From Candidatus Micrarchaeia archaeon (lineage in GTDB: Archaea > Micrarchaeota > Micrarchaeia > Micrarchaeales > CABMGC01): a stretch of DNA of 14,533 nucleotides. Positions within the stretch are counted from its first letter, which is position 1; every line of letters starts with the position of its first letter. The DNA is taken from contig JBMFHL010000016.1 in NCBI GenBank assembly GCA_049976845.1, positions 1-14,533 of the forward strand, read 5' to 3'. The notes under the pieces were generated by a model that did no database searches, was not told the DNA's origin, and was given only the letters and a program-made list of their open reading frames with translations. Made by a program: the position numbers and the translations under genes. This document shows positions 14,442 to 14,533 of the stretch, in pieces.

Positions 14442-14533
14442 TCACGCACTTTTTTTAGCCTTCTTTGCATCCTTTTTCTCCTTTTCTTCTTTTTCAGCCA
14501 GCAGGCTTCCCGCGATGCTCCTCATGTAGCCTT
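14442..14533 (-). CDS. 3' end of an upstream gene (partial, unidentified)
   Basis: Open frame from the window edge reading GYMRSIAGSLLAEKEEKEKKDAKKAKKSA*, with its stop 1 nt before ATG 14440. Confidence 0.65.
   Translation of the reverse strand, partial: GYMRSIAGSLLAEKEEKEKKDAKKAKKSA

Noticed and set aside
14441..14470. Extra basic N-terminal extension (MQRRLKKVRE) on the epimerase
   Set aside because: It overlaps the 3' end of the upstream CDS. ATG 14440, right after that stop, is the more plausible start.
1..14533. CRISPR array, transposase, integrase or att-site duplication
   Set aside because: No regularly spaced repeats or recombinase motifs were seen. The only matches to tRNA ends were short (ggaggca near 1217 and 1755) and expected by chance.

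Overview
Archaeal chromosomal window. The evidence is an intron-containing tRNA with a bulge-helix-bulge, TATA-box promoters, an AglB-like gene and a GGGP synthase. The style suggests a DPANN lineage such as Micrarchaeota, but this is inference only. In order, it carries: a DUF192 protein, an M13 (PepO/neprilysin-like) peptidase, an orphan HEXXH protein, a small membrane protein, a helical orphan, tRNA-Thr(GGU) with a 16-nt intron, a stand-alone EF-Tu-domain-II-like barrel, a GT4 glycosyltransferase, a second small membrane protein, an AglB/STT3-like protein, an orphan with ADP-ribosyltransferase-like motifs, and tRNA-Val(GAC). It ends with a minus-strand operon, transcribed as partial CDS, NDP-sugar epimerase, GGGP synthase, N-terminal half of Rqc2/NFACT, RNase Z. 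I see no CRISPR array, integrase or transposase. The most notable signals are intact core genes with rewritten motifs or architecture. The AglB-like protein has LWPDG in place of WWDYG and 12 sequons of its own. The GGGPS has VTDVGSN in place of YLEAGSG. Rqc2 ends cleanly before its second coil. An ART-fold orphan lies downstream of tRNA-Val, and both tRNAs carry C-A stem mismatches.
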